Assembly (NCBI GenBank): GCA_013265495.1
Contig: MU057865.1
Location: forward strand, 248,001-312,000
Origin: Vicugna vicugna
Lineage: Eukaryota
Reading direction: 5' to 3'
Length of the DNA: 64,000 bases
Shown: in pieces, positions 1-14,899 of the stretch
How the letters are laid out: each line of letters opens with the position of its first letter
How positions within the stretch are numbered: the stretch's first letter is position 1
Made by a program: the position numbers and the translations under genes
The notes under the pieces: generated by a model
Databases searched by the model: none
What the model was told of the DNA's origin: nothing
Seen by the model: only the letters and a program-made list of their open reading frames with translations

Positions 1-688
1 AGCTGGGCTGCCATGGGTTGCCTTTAAACACATCCTTTAAAAAAAATCTGAACTATTTCTTACTGTAATCACATCCCTTTTTATATACCTGAGTTTCTTG
101 CCTGATACAAAGTAATATCCCAAAGCAACTTATGCCCTTCTACTCCTAGAATTAGAAAACCTAAACCATCATGTCTCACACAGAGCTTCCAATACGACGC
201 CCAGCAGATAAGGATGCTTCACAAGTACTGCTGTTCAGTCCTCTGGCCTGATTACAGAAGGCAGCTGCCTCCAGTTCTTCCTAGCCATCCAAGTGGTGGC
301 CCGCCAAAAGGAAGCCTGGCATTCTGTTAAGGACTAGAGGGAGTGATTACATTGGAAAATATAAGAAAAAATTTAAGTCATAGGGACAGGTATCAGATTG
401 AGAAATTTTAAAGTTAATTGGGACTCATATCTAACCATGTGAACTTATGAACTAAATGTCTAAGTTTGCAAATTAACTTCTTTTTTTTTTAAAAAAAGCT
501 TACATGGAAATAAGCAGGTGTGGTGATTAATAAAAAGTTTGAAGAATTAAAGATAATACAACAACTCAGAGATATAAAAATATTTTATACATTTCATATA
601 AAAATGCCTCTTGGTAATAAAAAGATCGTCAAACACACTGGTAAGTAAAAGGTATCTTTTTTCAAAGGTAGTGTCTGCTCTAGCTTTA

Positions 689-865
<177 letters not shown>

Positions 866-1659
866 CTAGGAGAACAAGTCAGAAAGTATTAATGAGGTTT
901 CAAATGAAAAAGCAGTTTTTAAAACAGATGGTAAAGGCATAGATAGATTTTTATTAACTTTGAAATACTTGCAAAGCACCAGAAAAGTATATGCAAAAGT
1001 AACAATAAAGGAGATTATTATGCATGAGGGACAAGCACTTACAATTCATCTGGCAACAGTGGGGCATGCTTTCAAAGGAGCAGTCCCTTGACCTGTGAAA
1101 AACTATAGACTTTCACAAGGGTAGGGGATGTATTTCTCTTGCTGCAACTGAGAATCAGGAATATACTCAAGCTGGACTAAAAGAGTCAATTTCTGTTTTC
1201 AAAGGATCTGTGAAGTCACAAAGCGAAACTATGATTCCATTAGAAGCCTGACCAAATATTAAGCAAGAATTTCATTAGCTGCTCCACGGCAAGAACTGGG
1301 TTTAGAAAGTCAGCTCAGTTAACTTGGAGGAACCTGGACCCTAGCTTTACTGTTCATTGGCTGCGTCTGATCAAATTTTCCCTAAAATCCCATCACTTAT
1401 TTCCTTTGGCTCACATGCACAATGCACCGAGCCGAGAGCTCAGAAACTGAGAAATTCAAGTCATGGTGCAAAACAGCTTTGCTACTTAGCAGGATCTTCG
1501 GTGTTTAGACTAAGCCCACCTATTCACTTTCAAAAGAACTGTTTCCTTTGAAATCTGAGTTGTGCATTCTTTAAACAGGTGAGCTTGTTAAAGGGAGAAT
1601 ATGTGGCCAAATGCCCTGGGCTTCTTCCGATTTCTCAATCAAGTCACGTGTGCTCCCAG

Positions 1660-1860
1660 ATCAGGGACTTCGTGCCCGCTGTCCCTCTGGGTAGAATGGT
1701 CTTCTCTTAGATATTCGCATGGATTTTTTTATCCATGTGTCAACCCTCAGTGAGGCCTTCCTGACCACTTCACTGAGAAGTGAAACAGCCCAATACCCGA
1801 ACCCAGCTCTTCTTCACCCCCTTTCCTGCTTTATGTTCCTCCACAGCACACACCACTACT
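1660..1860 (+). mobile_element. L2 LINE 3' fragment
   Basis: L2-like tracts such as tcagtgaggccttcctgaccact and tgctttatgttcctccacagcac; boundaries approximate. Confidence 0.55.
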
Positions 1861-1863
1861 TGG

Positions 1864-4055
1864 CAAACTTTCTCATTATTATGTTTGTTATGGTGAACTG
1901 GGATCAATGATCTTGCATGTTACTATGTAACTGCTTTGGGGTGTCACGAACCACACCCACACAAAACAGGGAACCAACATTTTAATCTATAACACGTGTT
2001 TTTGACTGCCCCACTGACCAGCCATTCCCCTCCTCTCTTCCTCTATTCCCTGAGACAGACACAACAATATCAAAATTAGGCCAGTTTACAACCTTACAAC
2101 GGCTCCGATGTGATCAAGGAAGAGTCACATGTCTCTCACTTTGAATCAAAACCTAGAAATAATTAAGCTCAGCGAGGAGGGCACATTGAAAGCCAAGACA
2201 GATCAAAAGCTAGTCCTCTTACGCTAAACAGCCAAATTGTGACTACAAAGGAAAAGTTCTTGAAGGAAATAAAGAGTGTCACTCCAGTGAACACACAAAC
2301 GATAAAAAAGTGGAACAGCCTTATCGCTGACACAGAGCAAGTTTTAGCGGTCTCCATCCAGATCACAACATCAAGCCACTCACAACAGTCCCTTAAGCCA
2401 GAGCCCTATCCTGAGCAAGGCCCTGACTCTCTTCGGTTCTATGAAGGCCAAAAGAGGTGAGGAAGCTGCAGAAGAAAAAGTCTGAAACAAGCAGAGGCTG
2501 GTTCATGGGGTTTAAGGAAAGTGCATGCAAGGTGAAGCCACAATGGCTGATGGAGAAGTTGCAACGGGTTCTCCAGAAGCTCCAGCTCAGATAACTCATG
2601 AAGGTGGCTCCATTAAAATAACAGATTTTCAGTGCAGACAAAACAGCCTTCTACTGGAAGAAGATGCCATCTAGGACTTTCATAGCTGGAGAGGAGAAAC
2701 CAGCGTCAGGCTTCAAAGCTTCAAAGGACAGGCTGACTCTCTGGTCAGGGGCTAAAGCCGTGGGTGACTGGAAGTTGAAGCCAGTGCTCATTTAGCATTC
2801 CGAAAATCCTAAGGCTCTGAAGAATTATGCCACATTGACTCTGCCTGTGCTCTACAAATGAATAACAAAGCATGGGTGACAGCACATCTGTTTACAACAT
2901 GATTTAATGGATATTTTAAGCCCACTGTTGAGACCAACTGCTAAGGAAAAAAGATTCCTTTCAAAATATGACTGCTCATTGACAAGGCACCTGGTCACCC
3001 AAGAGCTCTGATGGAGATGTACAGGAGATTAATGTCGTTTGCATGCCTGCCAACACAACATCCATTCTGCATCCCGTGGATCAAGGACTAGGACTTTCAA
3101 GTCTTAGTATTTAAGAAATACATGTCCTAAGGCTCTAAGTGCCATTGGCAGTGATTCCTCTGATGGATCTGGGCAAAGTAAATTGACAGCCTTCTGGAAA
3201 GGATTTACCATTCCAGATGCCATGAAGAATAACCATGATTCACAGGAAGAGATCGAAGTATCAGCATTCACAGGAGTTTGGAAGAAGCCGATTCCAACTC
3301 TCAGGATGACTTTGGGAGGCTCAAGACCTCAGTGGAGGCAGTGACCAGCAAGAGAGCTAGACTTAGAAGTGGAGGCTGAAGATGTGACTTGCTACAAGCT
3401 CGTGGTAAAACTAGCAGCTGAGAAGCTGCTTCTTAAGGATGAGGAAACAAAGTGGTTTCCTGAGATGGAATCCACTCCTAGTGAAGATGCTGTGAAGGCT
3501 GCTGAGATGATGATAAAGGACTTAGAGATGATGATAAAGGACTTAGAGTTGATAAAGCAGTGGCAGGGTTTGAGAGACGTGACTCCAGTTCTGAAAGAAA
3601 TTCTGCTGTGGGTGAAGTGCTATCAACACGCCATGCCTGCTACAGTGAAATCAAATCGTTGGTGAAAGAAAGAAGTCAACTGATGTAGCAAACTTCACCA
3701 CCGGCTCACTTTAAGAAATCGCCAGAGCCACCCCTTTTCCAGCAACCACCACCCTCATCAGTGAATAGCCATCGACTTCAAGGCAAGACCCTCCACCAGC
3801 AAAAAGATTACGATCTGTGAAGGCGCAGATGATGGCTGGCATTTTTCAGCAATAAGGTATTTTTAATTAAGATATGCGCACTGTTATTTTAGACATGATA
3901 CCATTGTGCACTTAACAGACTACAGAATAGCGTAAACCTAATTTTTGCATGCACAATGAAGCCAAAAATAATTGTGTGACTGTCTTCGTGGTGGGGATAG
4001 TCGCTTTACTGCAGTGGTCTGGAACCAAACCCACAGTATCTCCAAGGTACGCCTG
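1864..4055 (+). mobile_element. Tigger1 (pogo/TcMar) DNA transposon, near full length, 5' end missing, transposase disrupted
   Basis: Transposase remnants (KEKFLKEIKSVTPVNTQTIKKWNSLIAD; ttctactggaagaagatgccatctaggactttcatagct); right TIR ...aaggtacgcctg followed by TA at 4056. Confidence 0.93.
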
Positions 4056-4122
4056 TAATTATATGATAAGAATTTCACAAAATATATCAACCAAGGAGAC
4101 AGTGCCAAAACTCAGGGTTTTA

Positions 4123-4338
<216 letters not shown>

Positions 4339-5084
4339 TCATACCAGGGTTTCCTCTATAGTGCGGGTGATCTTTATTCTTCTAACAGGTACAAACTTCA
4401 ATCCAAAGTAAAATCGAAAAAGAAATTACCTTGATTCAGAGATGATGAGAAACCTGCTATCTTAAACACCACTAACCCTTTCCCAGTTGAAAGTTACCTG
4501 AGTCTTCAGCGAATACTATACTAGTCTATCAAAAATTGCATTTTTTCCCACATGCAACCAATGTGACAAGACAGAATTCATTCACCCAAAATGTATTCAT
4601 TTATTGATTCAATAAATATCTGGAAGCCTATGATTTCTTCAGACGTGTGCTGGGCATAAGGCAGAAACAATATTCCCTTCAAGAGAACTAAATATATACT
4701 TGAAAAATAAGTTCTCAAATAGCAATGTAATATGCTTGCTTAGTAAAACCGAACTGAGAAATGAAATGCTATGAAATCTTATGTGATCATTTGCAGTTCA
4801 TAAAATATTATAAAATACATTTTCTCACTTATGCTCCTCAACCATGTTGATAAAGGCAGCTTGGCAAATATCATCATCCTCACTTCGAAGATGGAAAAGT
4901 TTGATGTAGACAATCTCTAAGCTTTAAGAACTAAAGTTTAGTCTCAAACAGTTCAATAAGTCATGATTTAAATTTTTAAGAAAATTTAAATGAAACATGA
5001 AACAGCAAATAAAGATTCTATGAAGCAAAGCATTTCTGTAGCAGATCGCAGATTAGTGTTGTGACAGTTTTCCTTCCATTGCCC

Positions 5085-5117
5085 GTGCGCCCTCTACTGG
5101 CTGAACTGTGACACTGC
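5085..5117 (-). promoter_or_regulatory. Predicted CTCF site, core plus upstream module
   Basis: Minus strand reads GCAGTGTCACAGTT-CAGCCAGTAGAGGGCGCAC, a near-consensus core. Confidence 0.65.
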
Positions 5118-5332
5118 CTTAAGGATCACAAGCACACCAAGGGAGGAAATGGTTTGTATACCTTTAGAAATTGGAAAAGCAAAAATACAAACTATATAGA
5201 AAATCCCTGCAATATGACCATCGCCAAACCTCTATGAATGCACCTGGTCTTAATAAAATTAGAAAACAGCAAAATAAAAAATCAAAGCTTTGGGGGTTTT
5301 TTGTTCCAGGTACAGGCTTATTTTTATTAAAT

Positions 5333-5800
<468 letters not shown>

Positions 5801-7492
5801 TCATTCATACAGATGGGAAATGAAACTCAGGTTTATTCTGTAAATATTTATGCCTTTCCATTAAAGTAGATTAATTCACATTTGCAAAAATAACTAAGGG
5901 AAGTAACAAAACATTTCATTACCACTCTTTTAAAAGTCAAAAATTAAGGAACAACATACGTAACTGTCTAAAAGGAAAATTAATAACAGTAATGCCTTAA
6001 TTTGTACAATACTTTAGATTTTCCAAAGGTTTTGGCATCAAAACGAGCATTTTCTCCTAATGCTTTATGACGTAGATAGAGCATTTACACCTTCAAAAAT
6101 CAACTAAGCTCACAAATCTACTCATGAACAATAATACTTTCAAAATCTATGTAATACTTTTTGTACTACATAAGGCACTCTTATTCTGAGTTACTCTGAA
6201 ACTTTTCTCAACACACATCTGAGAGGTAAATGAAAACCTTAATTTAATTTTTCCTTTCCTATCCAACTCCCCCATGTCTTAAAATTCCATATATAATCTT
6301 CAATCTTTCCATCATAAAATTGTGGTTTTAGAGAGTTAAAAAATTATAAATACATTCTTAAACACGAACTGTTCATACAACTCATATAATCATATAAATA
6401 ATGATCTGGATTAGATCTTACAGGTTGTCTATTCCAGTGTTTCTACCTGTTCTGAATGGAACAAGCCAGACTAAGAAACACATTTTATGTCACAGCCACA
6501 TGTGTGAACACAGATGCATAAAACTGGAAAAAAAGGTTCCATAAAGCAATACTCTATAAGCAATATGTCAATATTCGTTACTCTGTTCTATTTCATTTTT
6601 CTTTAAATAACAAATGCTAGATTGCGAGCCTTTAAATTGATTTCAATGGATTATGATGTATAGTTTGAAACCTGCTTGTTTCATCGATAGCAAGACTTAG
6701 AAGGGCTGTGTTTTGCCCATGGTGGCACAATTAGTTAACTGAAGAGCTGAAATCGGAACCCTGGCCTTTGGGCTCCTAGGCCACAATTCTTTCTATTTAC
6801 TAAGTTTGCTCTCACACTGTTTTATCTTTAAAAACCACATGAAACTTTTCAACCTCTTTAACTGATGGTGTTTCAGAAATCTCAAGTCACAGCTACTAAT
6901 TATTTTTCTTTCGACTATTTTCGGGAAAGAGAATATTTAGGTAAACATCATGAGAGCACAGAGCTTATCTGTCTTGTCTTGTCTTGTTTGCACTGTACCC
7001 TCAGCACTTCCATGCCTGACTCATAAAACTCAATATATTACTGTTGAATGAATGAGCGACTCCCGTCTCATAGATTTAATAACTTATCATCTCAATGTGG
7101 ACAATTCTCAAGTATGAATATATACACCTATATCCCTCTGTTCACATCTAGGGTCTAATTTTGTGTTTCATTATGTGGCCTACTTTTACATTCATCTACT
7201 CTTAATTTTCAAGCAGCAGATCCCCTTTTCAAGACACTGCTTGTCATTTTTAACTGAACATGTGTAAAATTAAACTTATCACACTAAATGAGCTATTTTT
7301 CTCAATTAAGGGTACTTTTAATATTCCATAGATTGGCACTGGAAATTCTCATGTAGCAAGGTTTGCAAACTCCAGTTTTCTCAAAAGATAGGCAGGAAAC
7401 ATAAATGACTGAATCACTGGAATATAAGAAAAAGGCACTGAGGTTGTAACCCAACCAGAGTGCACAGGTGCTATCTAAAACTATCACTGGTA

Positions 7493-7897
7493 GAAAGAGA
7501 AAGAAAAATATGATGTCATTCATATGTGGAATCTAAAAAAAAAAAAAAAAGATGACAAATGAACTTAAATATAAAACAGAAACAGAGATACAGACTCACA
7601 GACATAGAATACTGACTTGTGGTTGCCGGGGCGGGGGCAGTGGGTGGAAGGGACAGACTGGGAGTTTGACATCTGTAGATACTGACAGGTATATATAGAA
7701 TGGATTAACAAGTTTGTGCTGCACAGCATAGAGAAATATATTCACGATCTTGCAATAGTTCACGGTGAAAAAGAATATGAAAATGAATATATATATACTC
7801 ATGTATGACTGAAGAATTGTGCTGCACACCAGAAATTGACACAACATTGTCAACTGACTATAACTCGATTAAAAAAATAAAAAATTATAAAAAATAA
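7493..7897 (+). mobile_element. 5'-truncated L1 3' end with TSD
   Basis: L1 3'UTR (...caccagaaattgacacaacattgtcaactgactataactc plus A-tail); TSD taaaactatcac(t/c)gg at 7476 and 7898. Confidence 0.88.
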
Positions 7898-10416
7898 TAA
7901 AACTATCACCGGCACTTTGTGTTTAATTTGCAGTCTGTGCATCTCCAGCCAAACCTAGCTCACCGTCCCCCCTCTTCAAATACCTAGACTTAATTAGTCA
8001 CCGGGCCCTACTGATTTTTTTCCTGTGAAATGCCTCTTACGGTCATCCTGTACTACCAGCCAGCTCCATCTGGAGTCAACCAGCAGATTCTTCTTACCTG
8101 GCCTCTCCAACTCTAAAAACAAACCCCCTTTGATTGATACAATCATCCTACTGGATGGCTCTGTTCTAGATGAGTAAGCCGAGAATAGCTCAGATAAACT
8201 CGTATTTTTCCTACTCACAATACTCCAGGATGTTTGGTCATTTCACGACATCACCTAAGACTGTGATTCTAAACTATAAAACTGTCAGTACCGTTCAAAT
8301 CCAATCTACACTCTTCCAACCCTATGAAGCCCCTGATGGTCTCCATCACCTCGGTATATTCATTGTCTTTTTCCGTGTTTATACAGCAAACGCATTTCTA
8401 AAGGAGCAACGCAGAAGCCCACAACATACAGGTGCCACTGTTTTGTGCAGGTCTCCTTGAGCACCAAGCAAACACAGCGGCTGCTGCTACGTCATAAAGG
8501 TCACATATCAACCACCTCTCAAAGGCACCTCTGATGCAAAGGCAAAGTCCATCTAAACGAAAAATGACACCATCACCTCCAAAATGAAGGACAAATTTAG
8601 ATCAAACCTAGAAGACCTAGACTGGAGTCACTGCTGAACTCTCCGCTCATAGTACCAAGCAGATTCTACAAAGCACTCCAAGGTATTTCCTTGAAATCTG
8701 TCACCTTCAAGGAGAAATGCAGCCAAAATGGCCCACTGTATGATGACATCAGGGGTCTACCTGTTTCCTGGCCGTTTCATTTTTGTGGGGTAAATAACCT
8801 TTATCACCTTGAAAGGTCTTAAAAGTTACAGAAAAACAGGCCACAGCATCCAAAGCTTACTTTCAATTTCACATACTGGAGCAGCTGTAAAAATAAAACA
8901 CTGGAACGATTCATAGATCCTGATGCCCAACACTTTACAGACTGGAGACTGTAACTCCCCTCTGCAGTTTAAAAGGTTGCACTATTCATTTTAAATGATT
9001 GTCTGTACTGCCATAGGCCCCTAAGGATGCAACTAAAGCAGGAATGCCGTTTAAATCGATGGAAAGGAAGCAAATGAAAAAGAAAATTCAAACTGTTCAA
9101 CAGGAAATAGCACAATCAATTAAAATTTATATTTTAATACATTTGTTATAAAAGAGGAAGCTTAGACCGAGAGGCATATAAATTGTTCCATGTGATTAAT
9201 ATTTTTATATTATCCTGTCCACGTTCAAAGGAAGAGAATGATTCTTTCAAGTCAACAACCTGAAATTATTTCCTGTATTTTACCCTACGATCACAAAAGC
9301 GGTGTCTACCAAAAGCAGAAGTCCACATCAGTAGCTTTGGTCCCCTGTGGGTATTTCTGAATACGTAATACGCAGACTGTAAATATGGGGAAGGCAATGA
9401 CACCTCTGAGAACGAAGAGACACAGCACATGCTATTGCTTCAGTGAGTCACACACAAATCAGATCTGAGTCTGATGGATTGCTTGTAAGACTGGGAGCGA
9501 GGCGGGCACTTTGTTTATCACTGATGGAGAAAACAAAAGTCATCTTTCTGAACAGAAACTGTTGCCTTGTTGGAAACTGTTCATCTAATAGTGTTCCTAC
9601 TGTTCAGCTGCGGTCAGAATGGTTTGAAAACTCTTCCTACCTGAAATAAGCTGTCAAAGAGTCTATCAGGACTAATTTCAAATTTTACAATGACATTCGG
9701 TCTACAGTCAAATCCAAAGAATATACAATTTTAAACACCACATAATCAACATATGTACACACAGCTCTTATAACAGTGACTACTCTAGACTATAAATTGT
9801 GAGCCAGAGAAAACTTTCCATGAGCACCACAAGGAAAAAATGTATTCATAAAGGAATTCTTGGTAAATGATTCAAAAGTACATAAAACCTTAATTTTGAA
9901 TACCTAAGAAGCATACAAGTACTTACTCAAACCTCAGCACAATCCCCCACACATTTAAAAAAAATTCCTTTGAATTATTTACCTAGATTTTTGTGAGGAA
10001 CTATTTTTCCATAACACTAGCGAGTAGATGGACATACAAGAATTCATGTTGGAATACGGCTAACAGGGAGCAAGAGTTTACATTGAAAGAAAAGAGTAGC
10101 TGTTTGGTAAGATGAGAATTTCTAAGTTAACTTTCAAAGTAAAAATGATGACTGGCAACTAACCAAAACATTTTGTGTGTATACCTTCAAGGCCACATTG
10201 AAAGTTACTGTGAGGGAATGAGGTCTTATGAATATTACATTAAATTGATAAAGTAAAAGCAAGAGACTATGTTTCTTCTCACTACCAAGGCCACCGGGGG
10301 AAGGGAAAAAAAATCACAGATTTCAAAGGTGGAAAAAAAAAAAAAAAAACAGATTTAGTAAAGATTTAGTTAAAACTGCTGATAGAGATTTTTCTTCAAT
10401 AAAAAAGAGAACCATA

Positions 10417-10463
10417 CACAACATTGTAAAATGACTATAACTCAATAAAAAATGTTAAAAAAA
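10417..10463 (+). mobile_element. Ultra-short L1 3' terminus with TSD
   Basis: cacaacattgtaaaatgactataactcaataaaaaatgttaaaa flanked by agagaaccata at 10406 and 10469. Confidence 0.8.
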
Positions 10464-11665
10464 GAGAGAGAGAACCATAAAGGCTGAAACTAAAGAAATT
10501 TCTGTTATGTGAGTAATGGGTATCTTTGTTTATTAAAATAGTGTTTGATTTATTTACCTATGTCTTGGTTACAAGAGCAGTATCCAGAATAACATTATGT
10601 CTAGAAAGTGGGGAAATGAAGGCATGGCCTGATTAGGATTATACAGCCTAAACTCAGCCCAAAATAAGATAGTACTTTGTTTAATTTCTTCATGGAATGC
10701 AAAGCTCCTCGTTAACCTTCAAAAAAAACCCCACAGTTATCTTTCAGAATAAATATGTATTAATTTGCACTGTTTAAGTTAGACATAGTAAACTGAGTGG
10801 TAAGATCAGATCAGAAATCATGTCTACCATTAAAAAATAACAAGTATGTCAGGAAGTTTTAAAAATATTCTCTCAAATGTTCAGAAGAATGTACAGAAAG
10901 CTTCAGGTAGACCTTCCCCAGCCGGCCCCGCCCTTTGCGCTGTAAAACTGGGTAAGACTCTCCTGCCTAGTGTTTAATCCTTGTGCTTGCTTTTATTGAC
11001 CCCAAATATTTCTCATCGTGGCTGAAGGTACTTGCTCTTTACACTCTGGGATTCTATGACAGATAGAGGGAGCCATGCTTCATATTAATTATGTCTCAAG
11101 AAGTCAGGGAGCATTTCTATGCCCTTAGTTTCTGTTTCTTTCCTTCAACTCATTCAAGAAACCTGTTCTCGTGTAAAATAAGAGACACACACACTTATTC
11201 TACTTAACTTCACAAGGACAAACGAGAAAAGGGTCACGGCAAGTAGGGTGAAACGGCAAAGTGCCGGATAAACAATGTAATCCTAGGTCAGACTGCACCA
11301 AGTTCATTTACAACATGCCTTATGAGACGAGGAAACTTTAAATTCTAACTTTCTGTTTTTGCATGATGCCCATGTTTTAGTAAGTAACGTGCATATATAC
11401 ACCCTGGAAGGACAGTGAGGTATGAAACTTCCACTACTTAAGCGGCATGAAAGGCAAACAGAAATCAATCCGAAAAAAACCCACGACCTTAACTGGTTTT
11501 ATCTGAGATACTGGAAAATTTGTGAAAGGAAGAGAGAATTTCCATGAGCACAGTTGTAAATGAATACAGCTAGATATAAATATTCCATTTAGGCTTTTGA
11601 TGAGTGTTCATACCTCATTTTAAAGTGTCTTTCTGTTTACAGTATGGGAAAAAAAGGAATCTTCA

Positions 11666-11782
<117 letters not shown>

Positions 11783-11924
11783 TTAAAAGAAATATATATA
11801 TAATATTACCATCTGCTATTAATAAGGGAGGAATAAGAGAGGCTACATTTGCCCGTCAGTTTTCATCTATACATCTATGTCACAGATAAGGTTTTCATCA
11901 TCTGTCTATCCCCCTATCCCACCA

Positions 11925-13870
11925 TCCAATATTTATTGTAAACCAGGCAAGGATGTGAGAGGCCAGGGATGCCATGGTTCACAGAGTACCTTGTCCTACT
12001 GGAAGCCCAACATTTGGTGGAGGAGAGAGACACAGTTGGGGAAATAACTCAGATCGTAAGGTCCGAAAAGGAAGGAATGAGGATGTGATATTTAGACAAG
12101 GCCAAAATGACAGGATGTACAAAGGCCCTGAATCTGACTGTTTAAGGAATTTTTAAAAGGCCCAATGTAGTGAATTACACTAAACACTAAAGTAAAGGAG
12201 GCTGAAAAGGTAGGCAAAGCCCAAATTGTGTAAAATCTTTAAGGTCACAGTCTTGAGTATGGATTTCATCTTCAAAGCAATCGATACTCAACAAAAGATC
12301 TTAGGCAGGAGTAAGATGATCTGATTTACATTTTCTGAAAATGACTGAAACTACTCTGAGAACTACAGACCTGAGATCAACTTTTACAGCAGAAAAGTGG
12401 AGATGGAAAGAAACAGATTGTTAAAATATTTTGGAAGAACAATTAATACGATTTGCTGCTGATGGAGAGGAAGTAGGAAGGAAAAGAAGAAACTGACAGT
12501 ATCTTCCACTTGTATGGATTTAGCAAATGGGTTGATTTGTTACATCACAGATGGAAAATTGCAAGTTGAGGGACGGGCTAGAGTGCGGGGAGAGAGAGCT
12601 GTATTTTGAAATACTAAGTTTGAAATGCCTGTCAGATATACAACGGAGATCAAGTAGGTATTTGGATACATGAATCTAAAACTCAGATGAGAGAAATGTG
12701 CTAGAAATATAAATTTGAGTTTATCAGCACAGCCTAGGGCAAGAGTATAAATTGAAAAGAGAAGAGGACCCGGAGGAGCAGTAAGACGTCAAGCAGCAGA
12801 GAAAGTGCTGACAAAGGCAACCAGAAGGAACAGGCAGAGAGGTGAAGAGGAAAACAGGGGATGCGGGGCATCAGCCAAACCATGAAAAGAGCTGGTTTTT
12901 CAAGAAGGGAGTCATTTACTTTGTTGAATAACACTGGGAGGAACGGAAACGTCTGTGCAACCATGAATATTAAAGTCATTTACCACTTCAGCGAAGTAAA
13001 TTTTAATATAATGATGGGACGCAAAGGCCGGAATGACGTGAATTAAAGACTGGAAAGAAAGGGAGTTAGAACAACTCCTTTGAGAAGTTTGATCATGAAG
13101 TGAAGTAAAATAAGGTGCTGTTTTGAGGGATGTGGTGTCAAGGGAGAATTTGTTTCGTTTTGTTTTATTTTGCTTTCATTTCTGAATTCTGAAAACGGGA
13201 GATGGTAATACATACCTGAATATTTCTACCAGGAAAAGAAGAGTGTATATCTTTTAAGGGAGTTGTATTTCTTCTGTGTAAGAAAACAGAAGTAAAGGAC
13301 GGGGAAGGATTCACGTCTGTAAATCTAGTGATGGAAAATTGAGACCATTCTTACCTAGTGGCTTCTATTGTTTCCATTAAGTATGAGGCCGAGTTGTAAT
13401 CTGGAGACTGGGAGGCAGGGCATGGACAGAGTAGATAAGGTGTAAGAGAGTCACAGCTGAGCAGGGAGAACAATCCTTCTAGAGAAATGCAGGTGGCAGA
13501 CGGCGCCGAGTGCGCACCTAACGTTTGTGATCATGAATGTACAGAGATACCGACATGCTAGGTTATGTCCTTTTCTTCAGCAATATTCAGGCACAGAGAA
13601 ATCAGGTAATTCATTAGGCTTATCAAGGGTTGATGATTTTGCCAAGGGAACTGAAATGCCTAATAAGAGAATGATTAAAATGATGAGCCATGGATAAAAG
13701 CTGTATTTGGAGGAAGGCAAATATTGGAGAAGGCTGATAAAGAAAGGAAAGGGTAGAGATCAATGGATTAGAAGTTTCAACGCAGTCGGAGTACTTAAAA
13801 AGCAAGCCATAACAGTAAGAGGTTGTTATCACAAAGCAGACATGTCAGTGTTTTCAGAGGTGGTAAGAAT
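11925..13870 (-). mobile_element. Long decayed L2 LINE, fragmented
   Basis: Purine-rich L2-like blocks (atggatttcatcttcaaagcaat, gatctgatttacatttt, aagtttgaaatgcctgtcagatat); boundaries approximate. Confidence 0.65.
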
Positions 13871-14422
13871 CTCATCTCCAATTTTAGAGCTAAAAGCTTT
13901 GCACTGCATTTTAAATGTGCAACTTTTAGAAAACCTAATAATGTAACACCTCAATCAGGAGGCCATAATATAAGGCTGAATCCGTGAGTCTAACAGGCAG
14001 AATCCAGGCATGCAGTTTATCTTTGACTACATGAGGACATTTATACTTTATAAAAGTATGTAATAGTGATGGATATATTTAAACAGAGACACATGTTTCA
14101 TTTTTATTAAGAAATTATTTACCAAGCATAAAAAGGGAAGAAAAAACTGGGCAAAAAGAAAATCCCATACTGCAGGTCAGAGAACAAGAAATGGTGAATA
14201 AGGATCCATGTAAGTACCTCTAAATACTCACCAATTACATAATACAATAACAATATTACCTAATTTGAAGGTTAAATAAGATAAACATGCATCATAAATC
14301 AGGTTATTTAATAAAGTTGTAGTATTTAGTGTATTCATCGAAATCAATGTTTTCAAGACCAACATAAAATGTTTATCTGGTAGGATCTCTCCTATAGGAA
14401 ACCTGACAAGCTTGGTACTCAC

Positions 14423-14513
14423 CTCCAGATTTTCACCATCTGAACTTTCTTTTGTTTTAGATGCAGGAGGAGGGGAGGACACGGGAGGAAGAGGGCTGGT
14501 TATAATTTGGGAG
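14423..14513 (-). CDS. PIK3C3: PIK3C3 exon 12 (91 nt): [30 protein letters not shown]
   Basis: Within ORF 14228-14596; acceptor ttttttcag, donor GAG|gtgagt. Confidence 0.97.
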
Positions 14514-14616
14514 CTGAAAAAAATAACAGGAGATCTCACTGATGTGTAAAATATTCTTTCTGTAAGAGAAGATGCATATTTTTTAGCAAAGTTCACCTCA
14601 ACCGTCTTTGTTAAAG

Positions 14617-14899
14617 CATCACTTCCTGAACTGTGTTTTGTGCAACACTAGAGTTACATTATGCTCTGGAGCAAGAGGTTCCATAGTCAAAGAAAAGAGG
14701 TAATAAATAGCCTTGTTGAGATGCAAGTATTAAAGGTTCTGATAAATAGTATAGTTTTTTCTTTTTAAAGCACATTTTACTTTAAGCTAGTATTTCTCAA
14801 ACATATCTGGCCATAAGACAACCCCAACTCTTTTTTTTTTTACCTTTTTAAAAATCATACAAATTAGCGACCAGCAGACCATAATTTGGGAAATACTGA
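14617..14899. mobile_element. MER112-like hAT relic
   Basis: cttcctgaactgtgttttgtgcaacactag ... gtatttctcaaacatatctggcca ... tttgggaaatactg. Confidence 0.45.

Noticed and set aside
2090..3700. Tigger1 transposase as a domesticated TIGD-like gene
   Set aside because: The frame is broken into short pieces (73 and 98 aa ORFs) by stops and frameshifts, and the left TIR is missing
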